A DNA stretch of 64,000 bases from an uncultured Pseudomonadales bacterium. Its GTDB lineage: Bacteria; Patescibacteriota; Microgenomatia; UBA1400; PJMF01. Of this stretch, positions 10,001-18,232 are shown in pieces. Made by a program: the position numbers and the translations under genes. The stretch is from assembly GCA_964648715.1 (NCBI GenBank), contig CAZYNM010000006.1, positions 15,355 through 79,354 on the forward strand, written 5' to 3'. Position 1 is the stretch's first letter. Each line of letters begins with the position of its first letter. The notes beneath the pieces are model-generated. The model saw only the letters and a program-made list of their open reading frames with translations. It searched no databases and was not told where the DNA came from.

Positions 10001-11608
10001 TGTACCAGCTTTTGAAAGGGTGAAATCATCAAGTTTGACGGTTTTACCTTGCTTGACCAATACACCATAGTCTCGTGATTCATTGGCTCCAGTAACGGTT
10101 CCTGATAGTTTCCACCAGCCAGAACCTATATTGGTGTATGTAGTAGAAACAACAGCCCCATTATAATACAACTGAGCAATAGAAGTGCTGACGGTACCGC
10201 CTTCGTTACCTGCTGTTGTGTCATACACAAAAACGGAAAAATCGAGCGAGTCGGCTGCGCCGACATTTATAGATTGTGTTACCTTAGCATCAGCTAAGCT
10301 ACCTACAGCTATGGTATTACCACCACCGTTTCTGCCAGATGAAGATGAGTAAGATTGAGAGATAGCTACGGAATCACTGGCGCACCTAAAACCGAAGTAA
10401 CTGCTCCGAGTTGCAGGTGTATAATTCAAAAAGAGTGAGAATGCTCCTGTATTTGAGGTATTACCCCAATCGCCACCGCGCAGGAAACCGTATAAAGTAG
10501 AAGCAGCAGAGCCGCTATTATGATAAATACGTCCCACACCATGGGTTGCATTATAGGTATTATTAGCAGGTCGGACTAAGTCATAAGAAAGGCTTCCATA
10601 GCTCGTTAAAGCTGTAAATTCCCGCCAGTTAAAACCACTCTGGCCACTCACATCAGGCTGATTAGCTTCCGTGATGGTGTCGCTGTTCCATTCCCAGACG
10701 TTTCCTGCTATATCCCAGATATATGCACCATTTGAGAGTGCTAGTACTCTTTTTTGATTACCAACACTTCCAGACGTATTGTTACTTGTATTTGTTGGAC
10801 AACCAGAAGGCGCCTCGGTACTGCCTCCTGAGTCGGTATAGGCACAAGCGTTGTTTCCTGTATCAGTAGAAGATGCCTGTAATGATTGTGCCGGTGAATT
10901 ATCGTTATGACCAGCAAACAAATAACCGCTTCCCACACTACCCCCTGTCCAGTTGCCTGTTTGTGCTTCTGCATTGCGTGCAATGGTCATCCATTCGGCA
11001 TTGGTGATAAGATGGTAGCCGCTACCAAGTGCAGAACAAGCCTCTATTGCATCAAAATCTGTATTGTTTTGTGAAATTCGCACCCATGGTCTTCCAGAAG
11101 GAATTGATCGTGCTTGATATCTAGTCTGTGAATTCGCGCCTGCCCAGCCATCGGCTGAGCCAGCACCTCCATCAGCCACTACACTATTGGTATTGGTATC
11201 CCATGCTTTTGCCTCGTACTTCATAACCAAGAAATTGGAAGTGCTGTAGGTGGCATTACCAGGAACCTCCACCCATCCTGTGGCAGGCACCGAAGAAACT
11301 GACCAGGAAGAATTGTCTGAGCTAAAAGATGGATTGGTAATTTTATTTGCTCCTGTGATTGGCCTTGCTCCAGAATTATCTACCGCAACAAGGGTATTGT
11401 CATAGGTATAACTACCAGCATTGGCAGTATTAAATGTCCAGGTTTTGGTAGTATCGTTGGCTGCAAAAATACTGGGTAAGTGAACAGTGGTAAGGTAGGT
11501 AGCACCTGCAAAACCGAAGATCATGAAAAGAATCGCAGCCAGATTAAACTGGAAACGCGAGTAATGATAGCGCTTTTCAAAAAAATATCTATATATGGTT
11601 TTATACAT
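7016..11608 (-). CDS. 1530-aa cell-surface protein: N-terminal signal anchor, FGE-sulfatase/C-type-lectin-fold domain (aa ~150-412) carrying the DGR variable repeat, then ~1100 aa of fibronectin-III/Ig-like repeats. This is the DGR target protein.
   Basis: Motifs IWDIAGNVWEWNSD and LRGGDWGN...GFRCAS typical of the FGE-sulfatase fold. Repetitive T/S/G-rich Fn3-like modules. VR at 10377-10488 lies in this ORF. Confidence 0.8.
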   Translation of the reverse strand: MYKTIYRYFFEKRYHYSRFQFNLAAILFMIFGFAGATYLTTVHLPSIFAANDTTKTWTFNTANAGSYTYDNTLVAVDNSGARPITGANKITNPSFSSDNSSWSVSSVPATGWVEVPGNATYSTSNFLVMKYEAKAWDTNTNSVVADGGAGSADGWAGANSQTRYQARSIPSGRPWVRISQNNTDFDAIEACSALGSGYHLITNAEWMTIARNAEAQTGNWTGGSVGSGYLFAGHNDNSPAQSLQASSTDTGNNACAYTDSGGSTEAPSGCPTNTSNNTSGSVGNQKRVLALSNGAYIWDIAGNVWEWNSDTITEANQPDVSGQSGFNWREFTALTSYGSLSYDLVRPANNTYNATHGVGRIYHNSGSAASTLYGFLRGGDWGNTSNTGAFSLFLNYTPATRSSYFGFRCASDSVAISQSYSSSSGRNGGGNTIAVGSLADAKVTQSINVGAADSLDFSVFVYDTTAGNEGGTVSTSIAQLYYNGAVVSTTYTNIGSGWWKLSGTVTGANESRDYGVLVKQGKTVKLDDFTLSKAGTYSVYTTSAYSNSQVNSWDSFTANVTASGNASVKYQICTDDGATCQSGNAWKYWDGSAWATASNTTTHVNTAAELTPTAMQALPVVSQKISVKAIMAFGGTDLPAITSIAIGLTTDTTAPTTNASNVIMKKTVGGASMSSNGWTNGSAPYFSWDAGADNVGGSGISGYCLYLGSDESGNPATAKGLLGTSPVSTTGTTCQFIVSTNSIDFATLSYRGSPWLTSSNDAYYLNVKAIDGAGNVYAGSSASFHFRFDNTAPANPAFLSVPSDYIATESTTFLWPSSGSDGPSDSHSGVAGLQYRIGTSGTWYGDSHTGTQDVADLLTNDGSYATQETPDYAAIAEGTNLVYLRTWDAAGNVSNTYVSNALKINTTAPSAPRNLVVTPENGTTNAYAFSWDDPSAFTGQAGNIRFCYTINTVPTLANCTYTAAGANTLAEDAFATQPGTNTLYLVAKDEAGNINYDTYTSVTFAYTGSAPGIPRNVDVADISIKATSNWKLAISWDAPESIGAGISSYKVLRSTSNASCSGSPSSFTQIGSTAGTSYSDTSLSEQNYYYCVKACDSANNCSAVSSTVSGLPTGKYFEAAGLSSGPTATDITTKKSKITWVTDRNSDSKIAYGTKSGSYFDEEPSNSAQTKDHTINLTNLTPGTTYYYRAKWTDEDGNTGQSEEKTFKTSPSPTVQDVAAKNIGLSNAIIQLTSKGASKVKIYYGKTTGFGGVKEIATSTSETTYTMELTGLEDGTKYFYKINAFDSENSEYEGTILDFTTYPRPKISNVRVQEVRGTAQPTVLVTWQSNTEISSIITYYPQGETSAARDEVNIALVKGEHKLLVKGLRSETDYLMIVKGRDAIGNEASSDSQKFTTATDTRPPQISNLKIEGTTVPPVSGAGQEARAQLIVSWDTDEPASSQIEFGEGTGENYPQKTQEDTNLTLNHLVIISDLTPSKVYHLRVLSKDKAGNSGKSIDTVTIAPKSTESALDLVVGNLSDIFGFLDILK
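10377..10488 (-). repeat. DGR variable repeat (VR), encoding aa ~374-411 (GFLRGGDWGNTSNTGAFSLFLNYTPATRSSYFGFRCAS) of the target protein.
   Basis: 112-bp match to 13692-13803 with 14 mismatches, every one at a TR adenine on the coding (minus) strand. TR AAC/AAT codons correspond to S/S/Y and other residues in the VR. Confidence 0.8.
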
Positions 11609-11775
11609 GACAGGTTTTCATAAATCCAATACACCAGCCCATTGGCTAGTCTACATATCCATAATACAGGAATCGTTCCTTACATTTCAACTGATAAAGT
11701 ATGTCAAATTTCGTATTCTAGAATTCGTATTCTAGAATGGAGTTTTATATTACATTTTGTTATACTAAACTTATT

Positions 11776-12069
11776 ATGAACATCAAAAGTATCCAAAATT
11801 TAGCTCTCCCCATACTAAGAAAATACAATGTAACTAAAGCAGCACTCTTTGGTTCTGCTGTCCGTGGAGAAATGAATGATCATAGTGACATTGACTTGTT
11901 AGTTGAATTGCCAACAGATGTTCATGGATTTGAGTATGTGGACTTAAAAGTTGGCTTACAAGAAGATTTAGAATCAACATTTGGGAAAAATGTGGATCTA
12001 GTCGAGTATAAACTTATTAAAGAATCACTTAAAAGCTATATTTTACCTGAACAGGTTAGAATTTTATAA
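11776..12069 (+). CDS. mnt: MNT-type nucleotidyltransferase antitoxin (minimal nucleotidyltransferase).
   Basis: LFGSAVRGEMNDHSDIDLLVEL nucleotidyltransferase motif. Directly followed by the HepT gene with a 1-nt gap. Likely start is MNIKS at 11776, not the upstream ATG at 11737. Confidence 0.75.
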   Translation: MNIKSIQNLALPILRKYNVTKAALFGSAVRGEMNDHSDIDLLVELPTDVHGFEYVDLKVGLQEDLESTFGKNVDLVEYKLIKESLKSYILPEQVRIL

Positions 12070-12417
12070 ATGGAAAAGAACCCTTTAATTTATTTAGATG
12101 ATATATTATTCTCTATTACCTTAATAGAAGGATATATCACTGATGTGGCACAAGAAGAATTCCTTGGCAGCTACGATATTCAAGATAAGGTCTTGAGAAG
12201 ACTAGAGATAATTGCAGAAGCGGCTAAGAAGCTTCCCATAGAAATAAGAAGCAATAATCCTCAAGTTCCATGGAAAAGTATAATCGGATTACGAAATATC
12301 ATAGCTCATACCTATGATGAAGTAAATTTAGAAGAGGTTTGGAGTATAGTAACATTGCACCTACCTAGAACTAAGATCGAGCTAGAAAAAATTAAGTCAG
12401 ATACATCAAAAAGGTAG
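12070..12417 (+). CDS. hepT: HepT/DUF86 HEPN-family RNase toxin.
   Basis: GLRNIIAHTYDEV matches the HEPN Rx4HxY motif. 115 aa. Paired with the MNT gene upstream. Confidence 0.75.
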   Translation: MEKNPLIYLDDILFSITLIEGYITDVAQEEFLGSYDIQDKVLRRLEIIAEAAKKLPIEIRSNNPQVPWKSIIGLRNIIAHTYDEVNLEEVWSIVTLHLPRTKIELEKIKSDTSKR

Positions 12418-13563
12418 TCTTAACTGCTCACATTTGATATCTTTTCTACGGATATTATCCAGCATTCGTTCACGCTTTTGCGAAAACAAAAAGCTTTGCA
12501 AATGATAAGCGTTGGCATGCTGAATGTGCCCCACGAATGAGTTGCAGGTCAACTGTAGTTTTTCTTTGGTAAACCTATCTTCACGTACCATGCGCTTTCT
12601 TTTTTCCATCCGCTTCTGAAATCTACGAAGCGTCTTACCTCGTATAAGGATATGATCATAAAAAATTCGATATCCCACAAATGGGACACCAAAGGATACA
12701 TTTTGAATAAAAACTTTTTCAGGGTGCAGTGTGAGCTTTAGGTTGTCTTCTAAAAATTGACCGAGGGTGTTTCTTACTTTAATCAAATGCTCTTTGTCAG
12801 GATGAATAATCAGAAAATCATCCATGTATCTTGCGTACCACTTTTCTTTGAGAGTATGTTTTACATACTGATCAAGCTCATTTAAATAGACATTGGCAAA
12901 AAGTTGGCTCGTGAGATTACCTATTGGAATGCCCTTTCTCTCTTGCAGATTTACGACGTGCTCAGGTAAATTTTTGAGTTGCCCATTGTTTTTATACACT
13001 TTGTGATTAGTGACTATGGTTGTAATAAGTTTTAAAATTTCTGGGTCAGTAATTTTCTCTTGTAAAATTGTAATGAGTACATCCCAAGAGATACTTTGAA
13101 AATACTTTCTAATATCACACTTTAAATAGTAGATTGGAGTTTGAGCACCATTTTTGCAACGAGCTGCCATCAAAAATTTTTTGACCCGTTGCAAACCAAA
13201 ATGAGTGCCTTTCCCCTTACGACACGCATACGAGTCATAAATGAAGTCTTTATCAAGTCTCGGTTCAATCAAGTTAACAAGTGAGCGGTGAACAATCCTA
13301 TCTCTAAAATTAGGAGCAGCTATATGCCTCTTCTTGGGATCAGTTACAACAAAATACATATATGGCTTTGGTATATATTTTCCTGACCGGAGAAGATATT
13401 GAAGGAGGCATATATGATCTTCCAAGTTAAAATCATAGGAAAGGGCAACTGGCTTAGAACGCTTACCTAAACGCACTTTGTTGTACGCCTTAAATAAAGA
13501 AGCTAAATTTGAAAACTGTATAAAATCTTTCATAAACCTATTTACCCTGCCTTGATTACTCAA
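12406..13563 (-). CDS. Diversity-generating-retroelement reverse transcriptase.
   Basis: RT motifs present, including YMDD (RYMDDFLII) and the motif-4 signature IGNLTSQ (GxxxSQ) characteristic of DGR RTs. Size ~380 aa. Adjacent TR and Avd. Confidence 0.85.
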   Translation of the reverse strand: MSNQGRVNRFMKDFIQFSNLASLFKAYNKVRLGKRSKPVALSYDFNLEDHICLLQYLLRSGKYIPKPYMYFVVTDPKKRHIAAPNFRDRIVHRSLVNLIEPRLDKDFIYDSYACRKGKGTHFGLQRVKKFLMAARCKNGAQTPIYYLKCDIRKYFQSISWDVLITILQEKITDPEILKLITTIVTNHKVYKNNGQLKNLPEHVVNLQERKGIPIGNLTSQLFANVYLNELDQYVKHTLKEKWYARYMDDFLIIHPDKEHLIKVRNTLGQFLEDNLKLTLHPEKVFIQNVSFGVPFVGYRIFYDHILIRGKTLRRFQKRMEKRKRMVREDRFTKEKLQLTCNSFVGHIQHANAYHLQSFLFSQKRERMLDNIRRKDIKCEQLRLPF

Positions 13564-13691
13564 GGCAGGAATACAGGTGTTTTGTTTGCCCGTCTGAAAA
13601 AAATAAAACGGGCAGGAAATGAATATTGTGATCTATGAATCCGGAATGCATGTCCGTAAACATGCACTGCTCATTCTGGCGTCATTGATCG

Positions 13692-13803
13692 CTGGCGCAC
13701 CTAAAACCGATGTTATTGTTCCGATTTGTAGGTGTATTATTCAAATTGAGTGTGAATGCTCCTGTATTTGATGTATTATTCCAATTGCCACCGCGCAGGA
13801 AAC
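13692..13803 (-). repeat. DGR template repeat (TR), located between avd and the RT gene.
   Basis: Cognate of the VR at 10377-10488. Adenine-rich on the coding strand with AAC/AAT codons. All mismatches to the VR fall at its adenines. Confidence 0.8.
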
Positions 13804-13846
13804 AGACAACCGTTCTATTCACTCCCCATATACACAGGCTATCATA

Positions 13847-14188
13847 TTACATAGCCTTCATCCAAGCTGTAAGCATTCGGCCGATTTCATTTACCTTTTC
13901 CGCAGCAAATGTGTATTGCTTGATGCTCATCAGTTTTACATCCTTAGTCAACCGTATAAGAATTCGCAAGGTATCAAGATCACGAGAAACTTTTAGTTGT
14001 AATTGTCTTCTAATTTGTAGATCTCGCTCTGTGTTTGCATGAATAATACCGATTAAAACCTGTAATGCTGTGGAGTGGATATGATGACCTAAAATTGGTC
14101 GATGATTGCGTGGGAGTCTGTTTAAGAGATGATAAAGCCAGACCACTAAATCATATGTCTTTTGAAAAATAAGTAGTTTTTCCTCCAT
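13847..14188 (-). CDS. avd: Avd-like accessory variability determinant (four-helix-bundle, 23S rRNA-IVS-protein family).
   Basis: 113 aa, basic, helical, with sequence KTYDLVVWLYHLLNRLPRNHRPILGHHIHSTALQVLIGIIHAN resembling the Avd family. Sits immediately 5' of TR-RT in the canonical avd-TR-RT order. Confidence 0.65.
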   Translation of the reverse strand: MEEKLLIFQKTYDLVVWLYHLLNRLPRNHRPILGHHIHSTALQVLIGIIHANTERDLQIRRQLQLKVSRDLDTLRILIRLTKDVKLMSIKQYTFAAEKVNEIGRMLTAWMKAM

Positions 14189-14450
14189 GAAGTTAAAAAA
14201 TATAAATATTCATTAATGACATCCTTACAATTCTCTTACATATCTTACTTGCTTTTCAAGCTTGAATGTTACTGCAATTTTTAGGCGGATAAACCCGCCT
14301 CTAATGCAAGGGTCAAGATGAACTCTCTCGATTACATCGAGATCGCCCTTGCATTATTCACCACCCCTTTTTAAATTCCCAGGTATGGGAAGCAGGCGAG
14401 CTGCTTCCCAACCAAAAAATTATTAATTTACAGCAGCTTGTCAAAATACT

Positions 14451-15233
14451 ATGAAGTTATCAGACAACGCACGAGCAAGTCTTGATCGAGTGATTGAAAG
14501 GTTCAAAAGCGGAGACCTTTCACCCATTACAAATATAGCTAGATTTGAGATCCCTGAGGATGCGCCATGTTTTAAATGGTCATTTTCAAATAAAGTACTG
14601 GCATATATCCAATCTGGTGAGCTTGATTGTAGAGGTTTTAATCAGTGGCAAGATGCAGGCCGAAAGGTCAAGAAAGGTAGTAAAGCCGTCTTTATCTTAA
14701 GACCGCGCACAATGAAGTTTGAAAAAGAAGGAGAAGAGCCACAAGTCATCTGTGTGGGTTTTGCACCAATACCAGTATTTGCAGCATCAGGTACAGAAGG
14801 TGAAGGCACTCTGGCAGTGTACCAGCCTAGAGAACTGCCCCCACTGTATGACGTTGCCCAGAGGTTAGGGGTAGAAGTGCGATATATGCCAGTATCCCCC
14901 GATAAGCTAGGAAGCTGTAAGCCAGACGGCACGCGTATTACTATCGGTACAGAAGCCCCAGAAGTGTTTTTTCATGAGCTAGCGCACGCCATACACGCCA
15001 AAATTGAAGGCACGTTAAAATCTGGTCAAGATACTACACAAGAAACCATAGCCGAGTTTACATCTTCCGTGCTAATGGATTTATACGGACTCAAGGACAC
15101 CAGCGGCAACACTTGGCAATATATCAAGATGTACGCAAGTGACCCACTTGAGGCAATAACCAAAGCAATGGCAACAGTCGAAAAAGTATTACAAGTTTTA
15201 CTTGCCCAAGAGAATACAGAGGCTACAGTATAA
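14451..15233 (+). CDS. ardC: ArdC-like antirestriction / zincin protein: N-terminal ssDNA-binding ArdC-N domain plus HExxH metallopeptidase domain.
   Basis: FNQWQDAGRKVKKGSKAVFIL matches the ArdC-N core motif. HELAHAIH is the zinc-binding HExxH motif. Typical conjugative-element gene. Confidence 0.65.
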   Translation: MKLSDNARASLDRVIERFKSGDLSPITNIARFEIPEDAPCFKWSFSNKVLAYIQSGELDCRGFNQWQDAGRKVKKGSKAVFILRPRTMKFEKEGEEPQVICVGFAPIPVFAASGTEGEGTLAVYQPRELPPLYDVAQRLGVEVRYMPVSPDKLGSCKPDGTRITIGTEAPEVFFHELAHAIHAKIEGTLKSGQDTTQETIAEFTSSVLMDLYGLKDTSGNTWQYIKMYASDPLEAITKAMATVEKVLQVLLAQENTEATV

Positions 15234-15420
15234 TAGTTACAGGAGATAAAAATATGTTAAATCCACGAATCACACACCCATTTGAAAATAAAATTCTTGA
15301 GCTGATTGATAATCAGGAAGACTACACCAGAAGTGACTTACAAGGAATAGTAACCGTACTTGTTAATGAGATTATGGAAAAGGGGCACGAAGTATTAAAA
15401 GACAAAGAATAGAGGTTTTT

Positions 15421-16173
15421 TTATTTTTTTGCCAAGTACCCTGCATCTACAATTAAATTGTGCCCTGTTACCATTTTGGATTGGTTCGAGCTTAAAAATA
15501 TAACAGCATTCGCTATATCGTCGGGTTCGACAATAGACTCAAGCAATGTGCCATTAATATTTTCTTCAAGTTCTTCTTGTGGTGCTGTAGCCCAGTATCC
15601 AGCTCTAACTGCACCAGGTGATACTGAATTTGCTCGCCCCCAAGGAGCCATTAATTTGGCATAAGCCTGAGTTGAATTTATTATTGCTGCTTTTGATGCA
15701 GCATAAGTTAACGCATCATGTTGTCCACTTAGTCCATGCCTAGATGCAATATTAACAATTACACCAGTGTTCCTTGACTGCATATGCGAAATGGCATACT
15801 TGCATACAGACATAGCAGAGATCAAATTTTGTTGCAGGCTTTTCATCCACAGATCCACTTCACCATCCCACACATCTCCATCCATGTACCTGCCAGCGTT
15901 GTTAACTACAATATCAATGTGTTCAAACTCTGAGGTAGTGAAATCAATGAGCCTTTTTGCTTCTTCATCCTTGGTTAAATCTACTTGAAATACTTTAATA
16001 TCTGACCCTGCTTGCCCCAGCTCAGTAACTACAGATTGAGCACCTTCCTGATTTGTTTTATATGAAAAACAAACCTTTGCGCCTTCATGGGCAAAAGCAG
16101 CAACAGTTGCTTTACCGATACCACTTGAGCCACCTGTTACAAGTACAACTTTATCTTTTAATCCTGTTTGCAT
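15421..16173 (-). CDS. Short-chain dehydrogenase/reductase (SDR) family oxidoreductase.
   Basis: VVLVTGGSSGIGKA Rossmann motif, NNAG motif, catalytic YxxxK (YAASK). Confidence 0.85.
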   Translation of the reverse strand: MQTGLKDKVVLVTGGSSGIGKATVAAFAHEGAKVCFSYKTNQEGAQSVVTELGQAGSDIKVFQVDLTKDEEAKRLIDFTTSEFEHIDIVVNNAGRYMDGDVWDGEVDLWMKSLQQNLISAMSVCKYAISHMQSRNTGVIVNIASRHGLSGQHDALTYAASKAAIINSTQAYAKLMAPWGRANSVSPGAVRAGYWATAPQEELEENINGTLLESIVEPDDIANAVIFLSSNQSKMVTGHNLIVDAGYLAKK

Positions 16174-16194
16174 ATGTCCATTCTATCAAAAATA

Positions 16195-17088
16195 TTACTT
16201 CGCGGTTATTAGAGTTAAACCAAGTACACCTATAAATGCCAATACTATCCCAACATATTTTCGTACTGATATTTTTTCTTTTAAAATTATACGAGAAAGA
16301 ATAACAGTGAGTGCTCCATTTGTTCCTGTTATTGGTGAAGCAATTGTTGCTGGGGCAAATGAGAAGCTCAACCATAAGAAACCTGTACCCATAATATTGA
16401 ATAGACCTCCAAGTAAAGCATGTCTGTAGTCTTTGAAATTTTTTACAACACCCTTTAATGCTTTTCCTATAGACTCTCTTTCAATTTTTAGATAGGTAAT
16501 GGCTACTGGTATTTGAATTATCCCGAGAGAGAATAGAAAACTAAAATCACCAGATCTATTTATATATCCTTTTGATACTGCGTCAGATAGACCAATTGCA
16601 ACAGCTGCAATAAAAGGCCAAAGGATTCCTTTAGTAACTTTCAACTCCTCGCTAGATATTTTGTCTGGAAGGCTAGCAATAATGCTACCTAAGATAGCAA
16701 AAGCTATAAACGAAAGACTTGTAGTGGTGACAATCTCACCATTAAATAGTAGAGAAAAAATAATGGTATATACAGGATATGTTGCTAGTACCGTAGTTGT
16801 TACAGCTAGCTCACCGTGAGAAAGTGCATAGAAGACTATTGCTTCAGATAAAATTGCAGAAATAAGAGCAAATAGCATTGCTTCTGACCAGCTTACTGTT
16901 TGAGAAATTCCCATAAAAAAAGCTAAGGGCAGCCAAATAACCAAGCCAAATAGCGCATCAAACAAAAATGCAACTGAAGGTTGCATATCTTTGTAACTTT
17001 TGCGTAATGAAAGTTGTGAGAAAGCAATCAGAACGCTACACAATATTGCAAAAATTATTCCCAACATAGATATATTATATTTGAACAA
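16195..17088 (-). CDS. EamA/DMT-superfamily transporter.
   Basis: ~10 TM helices in two repeated halves. 297 aa. Confidence 0.7.
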   Translation of the reverse strand: MFKYNISMLGIIFAILCSVLIAFSQLSLRKSYKDMQPSVAFLFDALFGLVIWLPLAFFMGISQTVSWSEAMLFALISAILSEAIVFYALSHGELAVTTTVLATYPVYTIIFSLLFNGEIVTTTSLSFIAFAILGSIIASLPDKISSEELKVTKGILWPFIAAVAIGLSDAVSKGYINRSGDFSFLFSLGIIQIPVAITYLKIERESIGKALKGVVKNFKDYRHALLGGLFNIMGTGFLWLSFSFAPATIASPITGTNGALTVILSRIILKEKISVRKYVGIVLAFIGVLGLTLITAK

Positions 17089-17096
17089 GGTATAAA

Positions 17097-17789
17097 TTAA
17101 TACCTTGGTATAGCCCTAACCACAAATTTAAGTTCGAGATCCTCTAAATCTAACAACTTCATTGCATACTTTTCTATATATTTTCGGAGCTTTTCAGTCT
17201 GGCAGTAAAAAATAATTGTTACAGTATCTTGATCTTTAAAAAATTCAAAGAACTTTTCTACCCTGGAGCGAATTGCAAACCTTGGCATACCATCTTTAAT
17301 AATTTCACAGCTGCACTGCTCAATCTGTCCGTTTTCTTCTCTGATGTATGCAAAGCTCGGTAATAAATCCCGAATGACCCCATTAACAGGGAAGTTGGTT
17401 TGAGTGTAGAATTTAAAGCCAGGCAGGTTTTGGCTTTCAAGATTTAAGTAAATATTTGCAATAGCGATACACTGATCAATAAATTGTTCTGATCTTCGAG
17501 TTTCTTGATACAGTTTTTTAATGTATTCAGATTCCAACCCCTCGGAGGATTTAAGAAACTTAATTCCATTTTTGGAGATAAAGTATATTGCTGGTTTGTT
17601 GATACCTGGTGTTTTCTCGAATATACGGACAATGTAATTTTTAGTAGTGAGGTCTTTAAGCCAGACATTAGTATTTTTAGGGTTTTTGTGTTTCAGGAGA
17701 GATTGTATCTGGATACGGTTTAGGAATCTGAATCTATAGAGAAGGAGAAGTATTTCTTTTTGTTTAGTAGTTATAGTAGGTAGTAGCAT
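17097..17789 (-). CDS. Replication-relaxation-family-like wHTH protein (plasmid/ICE maintenance).
   Basis: N-terminal LT.KQKEILLLLYRFRFLNRIQIQSLL pattern resembling the replication-relaxation family. Sits in the mobile-element context. Confidence 0.35.
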   Translation of the reverse strand: MLLPTITTKQKEILLLLYRFRFLNRIQIQSLLKHKNPKNTNVWLKDLTTKNYIVRIFEKTPGINKPAIYFISKNGIKFLKSSEGLESEYIKKLYQETRRSEQFIDQCIAIANIYLNLESQNLPGFKFYTQTNFPVNGVIRDLLPSFAYIREENGQIEQCSCEIIKDGMPRFAIRSRVEKFFEFFKDQDTVTIIFYCQTEKLRKYIEKYAMKLLDLEDLELKFVVRAIPRY

Positions 17790-18232
17790 GTTTTATAGAC
17801 CCACCTATATTCCTCCCTTACTCGTATGTATGGAGGAAATAAGTTTCTCTTCTTATTTATAAGAATAAAGAGACTAATAAATTATACTAAAATAACTTAT
17901 TTACAGGCTAAACAATTATATCAAATGCCATGGTCGGCTATGGTAATACTTTATGAATTAGTTACATATTTGTTACTTATTGCTGAAGCTGACTTGACAC
18001 AATATAATAACATCTCATTTAATTTAATCGGGTTTGATCTATTTCTGATCTATATTCGAAAAAATTAATGAAACATGCTCTTTAACTTACAACTACAAAA
18101 TTAAGCAGATAGCTTATTAACCATCTAACCACGGTGATTAGTAAGCTGTCTGCTTATCCGCAATTTGCAACAAAAGCAACAGTGCAGTAAAACCTTTAAT
18201 GTGAACGTCATAGTAACAAGGACAAGTGAAGA

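Noticed and set aside
7205-10983. Short ORFs inside or antisense to the 1530-aa surface-protein gene (for example 9510-9869 +, 10741-10983 -).
   Set aside because: They lie on the opposite strand or in alternative frames within a long, domain-supported CDS. Their low-complexity translations reflect the S/T/G-rich opposite-strand composition.
10377-13803. The ~112-bp repeated sequence, considered as a possible CRISPR or transposon repeat.
   Set aside because: There are only two copies, separated by 3.2 kb. The copies differ exclusively at adenine positions of one copy, and an RT and Avd are adjacent. This is a DGR TR/VR pair, not CRISPR or IS inverted repeats.
13710-14042. 110-aa plus-strand ORF spanning the TR and the 3' part of avd.
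   Set aside because: It is antisense to the TR/avd and has a low-complexity translation. It is an artefact of the A/T-skewed TR, not a gene.
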